From: Candidatus Yanofskybacteria bacterium RIFCSPHIGHO2_01_FULL_41_26
Lineage (GTDB): Bacteria; Patescibacteriota; Minisyncoccia; 2-02-FULL-40-12; GWA2-44-9
Reading direction: 5' to 3'
NCBI GenBank assembly: GCA_001794055.1
Contig: MGJB01000006.1
Coordinates: 26,168 to 90,167 of the forward strand
DNA length: 64,000 bases
Positions 17,419 to 26,469 of the stretch are shown here, one piece after another; the first letter of the stretch is position 1, and each line of letters opens with the position of its first letter. The notes beneath the pieces were generated by a model, which was not told the origin of the DNA, searched no databases, and worked only from the letters and a program-made list of their open reading frames with translations. Position numbers and translations under genes: made by a program.

Positions 17419-18981
17419 TCAGGATTTTATCAATGACAGATTGGATCGGCGAGAAGCGCCTTCCCATCGCACATCTGAAAATTTCGGCTCGCCATGAAGC
17501 TCTCGCCATGTTTTTTCATATTCTTTTATTCGCTTAATATCTCGATTTACCATTAATTCTCTGAGGCCGAGCAGCTCAACAGCGGTGAAGTTTTCGCAAA
17601 TGACAGCCGTCATCTTTGTGGCATCTCCTAGATCTGTTAAAAACGCATCCAGGTCGCCGTCATATTGAGCCAGAATTTTATCTTTATATTTGTTGAACCA
17701 TTCTGTGCCCGGATATGGAGTAGCAAAAAAGGGCATAACCTCAATACCGAGCCGTTCCCAAGCCTGAACACAATCAATCAAGCTGTCAAAAAAGTCATCC
17801 GGAAAGCCCATCATTTGATTAGGAATTGGCCGTATCCCTGCTTCCAGGGTTATTTTCAGAGATCTCTCGTTAGTTTCTGGAGTAGAACCTTTGCCTACAT
17901 TTTTAAGAACTCGTTTGGAAAAAGATTCGTAGCCATAAACTAATTGGCAACAGCCGGCATTATGCATCTGTTTAAGAATTTGTGGATTAGCCAGCGCTGC
18001 ATGACTGGTTCCACCCCAGTGTATTCCATGACATTTTTTCGGGTCATGAGACACGCCATCGCGTACACATTGAGGCTGTAAACCCTCTTTGATCCACAGA
18101 TCGCATAAAGCTGGCAGCCAGGTATTCTTTGAAGCAGAATTCATTGCCAGAAGGTTTTCATCATAGAAAATAATGAAATCAACTCCAAATCTGTCTCTCA
18201 TGTGTTTGACCATATCTACCAGATAACGAGGACTGTGCATTCTATTAATACGGTCGTGAGTAAAAACAACATCAGCTTTATCATTTCTTTGATCTTCATA
18301 CTGAAGGTCTCCTGCCAATCCAAGATGAAAACAGAAACGGCATATAAACGGACAACCGAAACTTCCATTTACATCCATGCGTCTTTTGGCGGTGAAACTT
18401 TCTTCGCTATAAAGGAGCGCACTGTTTTTGAAATATATTTCCATAGGCAGCATATCCCATGTCGGATATGGTAATTGATCAATGTCTTGAACAAGAGGCC
18501 GCGGCGGATTTAAATGTAATTGTCCCCTCTCATCCTTCCAGATAATTCCAAGCGTAGATGACCAATCGGTTTTTTTATCGTCTATTTTTTGCATTATTTC
18601 CGGCAGAGTTAAGAATGCTTCTCCAACAACTCCAATATCGATCTCCGGCAAGAGTTCCATCAAGTCTCGAGGCATACTGGTTAAAAGTCCGCCTCCGACC
18701 ATGCGAAGCGATCGAGGAGAATATTGTTTGGCATACCGGAGGGCTTTTTTTACCCAGCTGTATGTAGTTGTTATGCCACCAAGCCCGATAATATCCCAAT
18801 CATCGGCCTTCAAAATCGCACAAATGGTTTTATCATCAGGCCTCCAAGCGTTGGCATCAAATAATTGGACATGATGCCCCTCTTTATCAGCAATCGCCGC
18901 CAACTGGGCAATTCCGTAAGGAATATGTTTTGGGTTGTCTTCTTGGCGTACAACGGGGTTAATGAGCAGAATTTTGGCCAT
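17419..18981 (-). CDS. Cobalamin-binding (class B) radical SAM protein, copy 1.
   Basis: N-terminal B12-binding Rossmann-like domain (KILLINPV...IIGLGGITT...MVGGGLLTS). Radical SAM cluster motif CPFICRFC (CxxxCxxC). The ORF track start at 18999 is a TTG. The in-frame ATG at 18981 is preceded by GGAGAAAGAG and abuts the upstream gene stop, so it is preferred. Confidence 0.75.
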   Translation of the reverse strand: MAKILLINPVVRQEDNPKHIPYGIAQLAAIADKEGHHVQLFDANAWRPDDKTICAILKADDWDIIGLGGITTTYSWVKKALRYAKQYSPRSLRMVGGGLLTSMPRDLMELLPEIDIGVVGEAFLTLPEIMQKIDDKKTDWSSTLGIIWKDERGQLHLNPPRPLVQDIDQLPYPTWDMLPMEIYFKNSALLYSEESFTAKRRMDVNGSFGCPFICRFCFHLGLAGDLQYEDQRNDKADVVFTHDRINRMHSPRYLVDMVKHMRDRFGVDFIIFYDENLLAMNSASKNTWLPALCDLWIKEGLQPQCVRDGVSHDPKKCHGIHWGGTSHAALANPQILKQMHNAGCCQLVYGYESFSKRVLKNVGKGSTPETNERSLKITLEAGIRPIPNQMMGFPDDFFDSLIDCVQAWERLGIEVMPFFATPYPGTEWFNKYKDKILAQYDGDLDAFLTDLGDATKMTAVICENFTAVELLGLRELMVNRDIKRIKEYEKTWRELHGEPKFSDVRWEGASRRSNLSLIKS

Positions 18982-18982
18982 A

Positions 18983-20050
18983 TTATTCTCTTTCTCCAAC
19001 CCTTGATCCTACTAACTCTTGATTATTTCTCTGACTGAATTTAGATAAGAATTCAGTCAGAGGGACGAAATGAACCAGTTCATCAAAAAGTATGCCGCCT
19101 TCAGTGCAATTGTATGTAATGCAACCAGCATCTTTGGCTAAATCCAGAAAAATATTCCGATACCAAAGATATGCCGGATCGGTATACCATGTCTCATTCA
19201 AGTAGGGATTATAAACCTGTGTAAAAGCCTCTGGCGTTCTATCTCCAAAAAGAGCAACAAGATCTCGGTAGTATTGAGTATTGAGAAGCGGAGTACCAGG
19301 CGCATAGCTTAAATCCATACCAACCAACGCAACATGTTTTCGTTTTAGTATTGCATGCGCAAAAATCCAAGCAGCAGTTCCAACATTGCCGCCGGTAAGC
19401 ATACAAGGTATGTGATTATTCTCAAAAAGCTCCCTGGAAAGACTCTCCGATTTGTCATAATCTTCATAAATAGGATTCCACCAATACAGTTCCATTCCCG
19501 ATTCCACGCATCTTTCCGTAACAGAAATATCGACACTGGTAGATATTATCAACTTGATCTTGGGACCATATCGGTTTACAAGCTCGATAGTTTCACGATT
19601 ATAGCGAATCTGATCTTGGTGATGACCAGGATCAAGATCTTGGCGAAGAAAATAATCATCTTCTAATCCCTTGTCCATTTTAGTATCGCCAAACAATCTT
19701 ACCATGCGGTGGCTTCTACCAAATGCGCCAGGATCAAGCGTAATAACAAAATGAGGAATAAGACCCTTTCTTAAACAATGCCCTAAAGACCCGTCGGCGA
19801 CAATAATATCACCAGAAAATCCTGAAGCCAAAATCTTAGCCACAGGATTTTTTCTATGCAAACTTGGTCCTCCAACAACTACAATAGCGGCTCCTTTCGG
19901 CTCCAAATGTTCTATAACAGACAAATCATCCACCGTTTTACTAAAATATTTTCGATTTTTAGCGGCATTATCCAGACCAAGCCGGCCGGTTTTTATAGCT
20001 GTCGCTTCGCTCATATAACAAGCAAGTTTATCTGCCAAATTAGATATCAT
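18983..20050 (-). CDS. DUF115/MptE-like (Maf-type) Rossmann-fold protein, putative nonulosonic-acid glycosyltransferase.
   Basis: Region GAAIVVVGGPSLHRK...DIIVADGSLGHCLRKGLIPHFVITLDPG resembles the DUF115 core of motility-accessory-factor glycosyltransferases. It is adjacent to the nonulosonic-acid module. The ORF track start at 20104 is a TTG without SD. The ATG at 20050 follows GGAGAGG and is preferred. Confidence 0.45.
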   Translation of the reverse strand: MISNLADKLACYMSEATAIKTGRLGLDNAAKNRKYFSKTVDDLSVIEHLEPKGAAIVVVGGPSLHRKNPVAKILASGFSGDIIVADGSLGHCLRKGLIPHFVITLDPGAFGRSHRMVRLFGDTKMDKGLEDDYFLRQDLDPGHHQDQIRYNRETIELVNRYGPKIKLIISTSVDISVTERCVESGMELYWWNPIYEDYDKSESLSRELFENNHIPCMLTGGNVGTAAWIFAHAILKRKHVALVGMDLSYAPGTPLLNTQYYRDLVALFGDRTPEAFTQVYNPYLNETWYTDPAYLWYRNIFLDLAKDAGCITYNCTEGGILFDELVHFVPLTEFLSKFSQRNNQELVGSRVGERE

Positions 20051-20336
20051 CTTTAGTTCCTCTCCAAGTAAAATCTTTCTTAACAAACGTGATGCTGCCA
20101 CCAAGTTTTTTTAAAGCCGCGGCTTCAAATTCTTCTCCCAATGAAACCGGCTTTTCTTCTTTTGGCGCATCTGTATCTTTTAATCCCGGAATCTTATAGT
20201 TCCCCTTTAAAATTTTGTCCATTGTCCAGTTCCTTTTTAAATTGTCAAAAATCTAAGCTGTCTGTCACCATACAACAAAAACCATCGTTTTTCAAGACAG
20301 GTTGTAAAAACATCTTTTTTGTGAAAGAATTTGGGA

Positions 20337-22112
20337 ATGTATTTTAATTCTCCGGATAATCTTCCAGAATCAGAAAAAAAATATGAATATCTGCATTCGA
20401 AAGAAAGAATAGAACACTTGCGTCGTATTATTAACGGCCGGCCCGTGGCCATTTTGGCCGCTGGCCCCTCAATCAGTGAATTAGAAGCAAGAATCGAAGA
20501 ACTATCTCAAACCGATATTTGTTATTTTGGGATGAATTTCTTTTTTGTTCAAGAAGATAATATTTTAAAAAAGATAAATAAGCGTTTTTCCGTGTTAACT
20601 ACGGGAGCCAATAAGGGTTTGCTCCATGTTTACGGCGGGGCCAGCCTTTTTGATAGGATCACTGATTTTTTGAATAGAAATGATGATAATTTGTTAATTT
20701 CCAGTTTCTACGGAAACCAGCTTAATCTGCTTGGTCCCCACTTTAACCTGCAGGAATTTTTAGATAAATATAACAATAAACTCTTTTTCCCCAGCTATAG
20801 TACCAATAGAACTGTTCCGGACAACAATCGTCCCATGCATTTCTTCGCGAGTAATTCTCTCGCCGGACTAATATATATGGCCATAATCGGCAAGGCCTCT
20901 AAAATTGTTCTGTTCGGATCAGACGGCTACACCCTTGAAAAAAATCCTGAAAAAACGTATTACCGTTCCAAAGAATATCTCTCTAACAAATATGAGTATG
21001 AGAGAAATAATCAACAGAAACTAGTGGAACCGCTTATTAACGACGCTAACAAGCTCTTCAACCCTATTGTTCCCCTTTCTTTGCGAAATATCTACAAAAC
21101 CTACCCCATTAAACCTGTTCCAATTTTAAATTGTTCCGAAGTTAGTTATTATACTCCTTTTCCAAAGACCTCATACAACGACACTTTTGCCTTCTTGTTG
21201 GGTAAAAAGAATATTGAAGAAATTGTTGATCTCCGCATCCCAACAGCCTCAATCATCATTCCGTCTTCCGACGACACAAATGAATTGCGGACCACTCTGG
21301 AAAGTATTGCAAAACAATCATATTCAAATTATGAGACAGTCGTTATCAAAAGGAGTCCAAATTTTTTGGATACTATGGAAAACGCCCTATCCTTGACCAA
21401 AGGAAAATATATTTTCTATTGCCATTCGGGCTACGGCTACCGAGACCAAGATTGGTTAAATTCCTGCATAGCAATATTGGAAAATAGGCCCCGGATTTCT
21501 TTAGTATGCGGCATACCCGAAAACCAGCTTACTGACCCTCCCTGGCCGGAAAAAAAGTTCCTCTATTACTGGCTCAAGAAAAAGATTTTCTTCCCTCCAA
21601 ACACAATTTGCGTACGAAAAAAAGTACTCGAAAAATGCCTGCTCCCCCAGGAAGATAATGCAAAAACCGACACTGAATTGGAAAGTTGGCTAAACTTTAA
21701 TCTGCGCTTTAATATTAACGGCTATCTGCCTACTTTTATTTCGACGGTTTCCGATAATAATCGGAATGACTTCATCGACGGTAATTCGCTAGATATTTTC
21801 AGAAAAAAAATTGCATTCTACAGAAAAGGCCTCATTCTTAAAAAAACCTGTCATCATTTCAGAGACGGTGACGACAACATTTTACCTGGAAAATTCTATT
21901 TGAGCATGTTTTTACTATATAAACCAGCTAAAATAATTGAAACCAAATTACTCTGTCCTTTATATCCTCGTTTAAACATTATTAAGCGAATCGCCAGAAA
22001 TACTGTCAAGCAAATAGTCCTACGGATATTAAGTTTAACTTCGTCTTCCATTGAGCGAAAAGCTGTCAATTTGTATCGATCCCTAAAGAAAAAAAGGTTG
22101 CGCGAAAAATAA
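20337..22112 (+). CDS. Two-domain protein: N-terminal DUF115/Maf-like domain plus C-terminal GT2-like glycosyltransferase domain.
   Basis: The N-terminus GRPVAILAAGPSISELEARIE...GANKGLLHVYGGAS parallels the neighbouring DUF115 protein. The C-terminal half has a GT2 signature: ASIIIPSSDDTNELRTTLESIAKQSYSNYETVVI...GKYIFYCHSG. The ORF track begins at a TTG at 20331. The first ATG is at 20337. Confidence 0.5.
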   Translation: MYFNSPDNLPESEKKYEYLHSKERIEHLRRIINGRPVAILAAGPSISELEARIEELSQTDICYFGMNFFFVQEDNILKKINKRFSVLTTGANKGLLHVYGGASLFDRITDFLNRNDDNLLISSFYGNQLNLLGPHFNLQEFLDKYNNKLFFPSYSTNRTVPDNNRPMHFFASNSLAGLIYMAIIGKASKIVLFGSDGYTLEKNPEKTYYRSKEYLSNKYEYERNNQQKLVEPLINDANKLFNPIVPLSLRNIYKTYPIKPVPILNCSEVSYYTPFPKTSYNDTFAFLLGKKNIEEIVDLRIPTASIIIPSSDDTNELRTTLESIAKQSYSNYETVVIKRSPNFLDTMENALSLTKGKYIFYCHSGYGYRDQDWLNSCIAILENRPRISLVCGIPENQLTDPPWPEKKFLYYWLKKKIFFPPNTICVRKKVLEKCLLPQEDNAKTDTELESWLNFNLRFNINGYLPTFISTVSDNNRNDFIDGNSLDIFRKKIAFYRKGLILKKTCHHFRDGDDNILPGKFYLSMFLLYKPAKIIETKLLCPLYPRLNIIKRIARNTVKQIVLRILSLTSSSIERKAVNLYRSLKKKRLREK

Positions 22113-22147
22113 AAAATTGGTAATTGTTATTAATAGGTCATTTCGAC

Positions 22148-23152
22148 ATGATTATATCTCGAACACCATTCCGAATATCTTTTTTTGGTGGAGGCACCGA
22201 TTACCCTGCTTGGTATAAAAAGAACGGCGGGGCCGTTCTTTCAACAACAATCAACAAGTATTGTTATTTAAGTTGTAGAAATTTGCCTCCGTTTTTTAAA
22301 CATACATACCGTGTTGTTTATTCGCGTCAAGAATTAGTAAATAAAATTAAAGACATAGATCATCCCTCTGTCAGACATGCATTAAATTTTCTGAATATAG
22401 ACGGCGGGGTTGAGATACATCACCAAGCCGATCTTCCGGCAAGATCCGGACTTGGTTCAAGTTCATCTTTTACCGTTGGTCTAGTAAATGCTCTAAGCGG
22501 TCTTAAGGGTGAAGTCAAGAACAAAAGACAACTGGCCCTTGACGCAATAAATATTGAACAGAATTTGATAAAAGAAAATGTCGGTTCCCAAGATCAAACA
22601 GCAGCGGCTTTTGGAGGTTTTAATAAAATAAGTTTTGGAGGAATCCAGGAAATATCAATACAACCAATAATTATAAATTCAAACCGTATTGAATCGTTCC
22701 AAAATCACCTGATGTTATTTTTCACCGGTCTTTCAAGAAATGCTTCTAAGATAGCTAGGGAACAGATTAAAAACATTGAAAATAAAGATAAGGAATTAAA
22801 AATAATGCATGAACTTGTCCATGAAGCGACGAACATTCTTACAAACAACAGAGCAGATCTGGCTGAATTCGGTAAATTAATGGGGCAGGGCTGGAAAATA
22901 AAAAAATCCTTGTCATCCAAAATAACAAACCCGTATTTAGATAATATACACGACGTGGGAATGAGAGCAGGAGCATTGGGATGTAAATTGCTTGGCGCCG
23001 GGGGCGGTGGATTTATATTATTTTTTGCAAAACCGGAAGATCAAGAAAAAATTAAAAAGAAACTAAAAAACCTATTATACGTCCCCTTCCGATTCGATCA
23101 TCTTGGCAGTCAAATAATTTACTACGCTCAAGACAACAATGAAACTTATTAA
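22148..23152 (+). CDS. GHMP-family sugar kinase, D-glycero-D-manno-heptose 7-phosphate kinase (HddA)-like.
   Basis: MIISRTPFRISFFGGGTDYP N-terminus, as in HddA. GHMP motif PARSGLGSSSSFTVGLVNAL. The ORF track start at 22124 is a TTG. The ATG at 22148 matches the family N-terminus. Confidence 0.75.
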   Translation: MIISRTPFRISFFGGGTDYPAWYKKNGGAVLSTTINKYCYLSCRNLPPFFKHTYRVVYSRQELVNKIKDIDHPSVRHALNFLNIDGGVEIHHQADLPARSGLGSSSSFTVGLVNALSGLKGEVKNKRQLALDAINIEQNLIKENVGSQDQTAAAFGGFNKISFGGIQEISIQPIIINSNRIESFQNHLMLFFTGLSRNASKIAREQIKNIENKDKELKIMHELVHEATNILTNNRADLAEFGKLMGQGWKIKKSLSSKITNPYLDNIHDVGMRAGALGCKLLGAGGGGFILFFAKPEDQEKIKKKLKNLLYVPFRFDHLGSQIIYYAQDNNETY

Positions 23153-23174
23153 GTAGTTCTCAATTAAAAAATAT

Positions 23175-23203
23175 TTGACAATACAATTTTTTTTATTTAA
23201 AGT
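23175..23203 (+). promoter_or_regulatory. Candidate sigma-70 promoter: TTGACA, 17-nt spacer, TAAAGT. GGAG SD lies 5 nt before the ATG at 23239.
   Basis: Seen in sequence: ttgaca atacaattttttttatt taaagt. The -10 box is weak. Confidence 0.3.
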
Positions 23204-23238
23204 ATTTCTTATTCTTTAACAATTGCAGTGGAGTAACA

Positions 23239-25122
23239 ATGAGGTCCTCTGATCTGGGAATGATAGCAAATATTTCTCATGCTTTTCGTCCAAATATAAC
23301 CTTAGAAATGTTTCGAAGAATGTGCCTAATCAGATATTTCGAGTTAAATGTAAAGAAAGCATATGACCAAGGATTGATGCCAAAGGCTCCAATTTATCTT
23401 TCTATTGGGCAGGAGACAATTTTTGCAGCCTTATCCATGATTTTTGAAAAAACAGCTTTATTCGGCCAACACAGAGGACATGGCATTTACCTAGCATTCG
23501 GAGGCAATCCAGTAAAACTCATTGACGAGTTACTTGGCCGACCTACCGGTTGTGCCAAAGGCATGGGAGGTTCAGCATCTATTCACTGCCCTGAAATAGA
23601 GATGATCGGTCACGACGGATTGATGGGAACACAAGTTGCTGACGCCGTTGGCAGTACATTGCCTTATAAAGAGACGGCTATTACTTTTATGGGCGATGCT
23701 AGCGCTGAAGAGGGATTTGTTCTTGGGCCAATCGGTTATGCGTTTACCAAACAACTTCCGGTTCTTTTTGTTGTTTGTGATAATGGACTGTCTATTTTAA
23801 CAAAAACAGAAGTTCGCCGAAGCTGGACCATGGCAAGACATGCTCACTTTGGCATGCCATCAATTGATATTACCGACGATCCATGGCTGATAATGCACTA
23901 TGCCAAAGAGTTAAGTAATCCCCTACCCGCTTTAATGAATATTAGAGTTTGCCGAGAACTTTGGCATGCTGGAACAGGAAAAGACAGTGAACCAGAATGG
24001 AATCGATTTAAAATGGTAAGAGAAGAGATGAGACAATTAGACCTTGGCGTATCGGTTGAAACCATAGAAAACGAAATAAAAAGGTGGATAGACAACTTAT
24101 GGGATAAAAAACTTCAAGAACCAACTCCTTGTATATTATCCCCCAGAAAAGTATTTACCATCATTGATCCGAATTACAAATATGAAAGAAACCCGATTCC
24201 TCCACCCAGCAGAATGAAAGTAAAAGAGGTGATTAAGACTTTTACTCGTGATACTTTAAAACGTGGCGGTAAAGCAATGGGCCAATGCCTAACTGCTGTA
24301 GGTTGGGTAGGCGGAACAGTGCCGGAAATGACGGAACAGGAAGGATTGATTGAATTGTCGATGGATGATACATCTGGTTCGGGAATCGCCGTTGGCTGTT
24401 CCAGAAAAGTACCGACTATTTACATAGTCCGCTATCAAGGATTCCAGTGGTTCAACGGCGCATTCATTGCTAACCTTGCCGCAAAATCAAAAGAAATGTG
24501 GGGCATTTCCCGCAGATTATTTGTCCGTTCCATCGCCATGGAGGGCGGTATCGGACCCGTAGCATCTAACAGTCATCACGGAATGTTCACAAGGATACCT
24601 GGTCTCACGGTTGTTGCTCCGATGACACCCGGAGAATACCTACAAATTGTTGAGTATTTTAATAGCCACGATGATCCGATGTATGTAAGCGAGCACAGAA
24701 AAAGTTTTGACATTGATTGTGAGATGCCGGATGTTATAAATCATCCTTCTCACATCACCTTATTTCCAATATCCGCAGCAAGATTAAACACCGCAGAAGC
24801 GGCAAATATTCTTCTGAAAGAAGGGATAATTTGCAACATAATTCATGTTCTTTGGCTTAAACCATTTATTATCAGCAGTGAAATACTGACATCTTTAGAA
24901 AATTCTTACTACGGGGGCGTGGTCCTTGATACCGATTACGAAAACGGAGCCGCAAAATGCATTGCCTGCGATATTATGCAATTTACAAAAAAGAGGGTCC
25001 GTGTTCTCGGTCTTGAAGAAAGAACTGCCGGATTTGCCCCGCACCTTGACAACCTACCGCCATCTACAGAAAAAATATGTGAATGTATACGAAAAATAGT
25101 TGATGGCAAGCAAGAAAAATAA
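23239..25122 (+). CDS. Thiamine-diphosphate-dependent enzyme, a fused 2-oxoacid dehydrogenase E1 alpha plus beta (transketolase-like) polypeptide.
   Basis: N-terminal half has the TPP motif GDASAEEGFVLG...VLFVVCDNG (GDG-X25-NN type). C-terminal half (from about aa 330) has a transketolase pyrimidine-binding/E1-beta-like region (GGIGPVASNSHHGMF...). The fusion is 627 aa. Confidence 0.7.
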   Translation: MRSSDLGMIANISHAFRPNITLEMFRRMCLIRYFELNVKKAYDQGLMPKAPIYLSIGQETIFAALSMIFEKTALFGQHRGHGIYLAFGGNPVKLIDELLGRPTGCAKGMGGSASIHCPEIEMIGHDGLMGTQVADAVGSTLPYKETAITFMGDASAEEGFVLGPIGYAFTKQLPVLFVVCDNGLSILTKTEVRRSWTMARHAHFGMPSIDITDDPWLIMHYAKELSNPLPALMNIRVCRELWHAGTGKDSEPEWNRFKMVREEMRQLDLGVSVETIENEIKRWIDNLWDKKLQEPTPCILSPRKVFTIIDPNYKYERNPIPPPSRMKVKEVIKTFTRDTLKRGGKAMGQCLTAVGWVGGTVPEMTEQEGLIELSMDDTSGSGIAVGCSRKVPTIYIVRYQGFQWFNGAFIANLAAKSKEMWGISRRLFVRSIAMEGGIGPVASNSHHGMFTRIPGLTVVAPMTPGEYLQIVEYFNSHDDPMYVSEHRKSFDIDCEMPDVINHPSHITLFPISAARLNTAEAANILLKEGIICNIIHVLWLKPFIISSEILTSLENSYYGGVVLDTDYENGAAKCIACDIMQFTKKRVRVLGLEERTAGFAPHLDNLPPSTEKICECIRKIVDGKQEK

Positions 25123-25156
25123 CCGTCTTCAGTGACGGTTTTAATTTGCTTTTTTC
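25121..25156 (+). terminator. Rho-independent terminator: aaccgtc-ttcagt-gacggtt hairpin followed by a T-rich tract (ttaatttgcttttttcc).
   Basis: 7-bp stem directly at the stop of the TPP enzyme gene. T-tract downstream. Confidence 0.5.
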
Positions 25157-25172
25157 CTTTATTTCGTATAAT
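25146..25172 (+). promoter_or_regulatory. Candidate promoter TTGCTT, 15-nt spacer, TATAAT. It ends only about 8 nt before the ATG at 25181, so the transcript may be leaderless.
   Basis: Seen in sequence: ttgctt ttttcctttatttcg tataat ttttaaca ATG. No SD is present. Confidence 0.3.
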
Positions 25173-25180
25173 TTTTAACA

Positions 25181-25729
25181 ATGATCAAACAAAAAAAACA
25201 ACTGCGAGCAGTCGTAATAACCGCGGAAGGTTTTGAGGATGAAGAGGTAATTTATCCTGTTATACGCCTGAAAGAAGAAGGATTTATTGTTGATATCGCA
25301 ACCAGGGACGCAAAGTTGGTTCTTGGACGCTTGAATTTTCCGCTTGAACTGATTATCCGTTATTATGGGACGCTCGTTAATGCTAAAAAACTTGAGGCCA
25401 AAAATTATGATTTGGTTTTAATCCCGGGCGGATTTGAAGCCCCGGACAGAGTGAGACAAATTCCGGAAATTTTAGAATTCGTCCGCCGGATGAATAGACA
25501 AAAAAAGATCGTCTCTGCTTTCTGCCATGGTCCTTGGGTTTTAATTTCGGCAGGAATAATTAAAGGAAAAAAAATTACGGGCTATATCGGAATTAAAGAT
25601 GATATTAATAATGCCGGTGCCATATATACCGACCAGCCGGCCGTTATTGACGGCAACATCATAACAGCAAGACATCCGCGCGATGTTACCGATCTGATGA
25701 AAGCTATTTTTTCTAAATTTAAGAAATAA
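25181..25729 (+). CDS. DJ-1/PfpI family protein (class I glutamine amidotransferase-like fold).
   Basis: Nucleophile elbow AFCHGPWVL. 182 aa. Shares the architecture typical of PfpI/DJ-1. Confidence 0.8.
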   Translation: MIKQKKQLRAVVITAEGFEDEEVIYPVIRLKEEGFIVDIATRDAKLVLGRLNFPLELIIRYYGTLVNAKKLEAKNYDLVLIPGGFEAPDRVRQIPEILEFVRRMNRQKKIVSAFCHGPWVLISAGIIKGKKITGYIGIKDDINNAGAIYTDQPAVIDGNIITARHPRDVTDLMKAIFSKFKK

Positions 25730-25734
25730 TCAGT

Positions 25735-26469
25735 ATGCTGAAAAAAATCAAACTATCTTTTGCGGACAAGAAATCTCTTGCAATGAAATCAATTGAAATA
25801 GCTCCAATAAACATTGACTTGTCAAAAATGATAGTTAATAAACCTTGGGGATATGAGTACCTTCTTACAAATACTCCGCTGGTGGAGGTTTGGCATCTAT
25901 CACTTGATTACTTGAAATCAACTTCAACACATTGTCATCCTAACAAAAAAACAGCCCTTGTCGTGTTAGAGGGCAAGGCCCTTTTCTCGACCCTAAATAA
26001 ATCCGTTAAACTCTCCCCGATGGATGCGATAATAATAGATGCTGGTGTTTTTCATTCAACTAAGTGTATCTCAAAAGAGGGTCTTAAATTACTTGAAGTT
26101 GAGACACCCCCGATGAAACATGACTTAATCCGGCTTAAGGATAGATATGGCAGAACTAACGCTGGATATGAAGGCAAAGAAAAGATGCAATTAATAAATA
26201 ACTCTTATGTTAAATTCAAAAGCGAGGAACCTCACGTGGTAAAAAACTTCTGTAATAATTACCTTTGTTTGTCCTTTATACAAAATGACAACGACCTAAG
26301 AATTTTATTGTCCCAAAAGCCAGAGTTGGCAGTAATCTTAAACGGATTCATCAAATCAGCGGATAATAATATCTTATACCGTCTCGGTGATGTCATAAAA
26401 ACCAACACGCTCAAAAACAATAAAATAAAATTTAATAATGTCTCGCTCCTCTCAATTTCAAAAGCCTAA
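25735..26469 (+). CDS. Cupin-domain protein (function unknown; possible sugar ketoisomerase/epimerase-type cupin).
   Basis: Double-stranded beta-helix-like central region with His residues (WGYEYLL...THCHPNKKTALVVLEGKA...AGVFHSTKC). 244 aa. No close family assignment is possible by eye. Confidence 0.4.
   Translation: MLKKIKLSFADKKSLAMKSIEIAPINIDLSKMIVNKPWGYEYLLTNTPLVEVWHLSLDYLKSTSTHCHPNKKTALVVLEGKALFSTLNKSVKLSPMDAIIIDAGVFHSTKCISKEGLKLLEVETPPMKHDLIRLKDRYGRTNAGYEGKEKMQLINNSYVKFKSEEPHVVKNFCNNYLCLSFIQNDNDLRILLSQKPELAVILNGFIKSADNNILYRLGDVIKTNTLKNNKIKFNNVSLLSISKA

Noticed and set aside
20040-20222. 60-aa minus-strand ORF (MDKILKGNYKIPGLKD...) in the divergent promoter region.
   Set aside because: It overlaps the 5' end of the DUF115 gene out of frame and has no motif. 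It could be a small protein, but there is no RBS or conservation evidence, so it is left uncalled.
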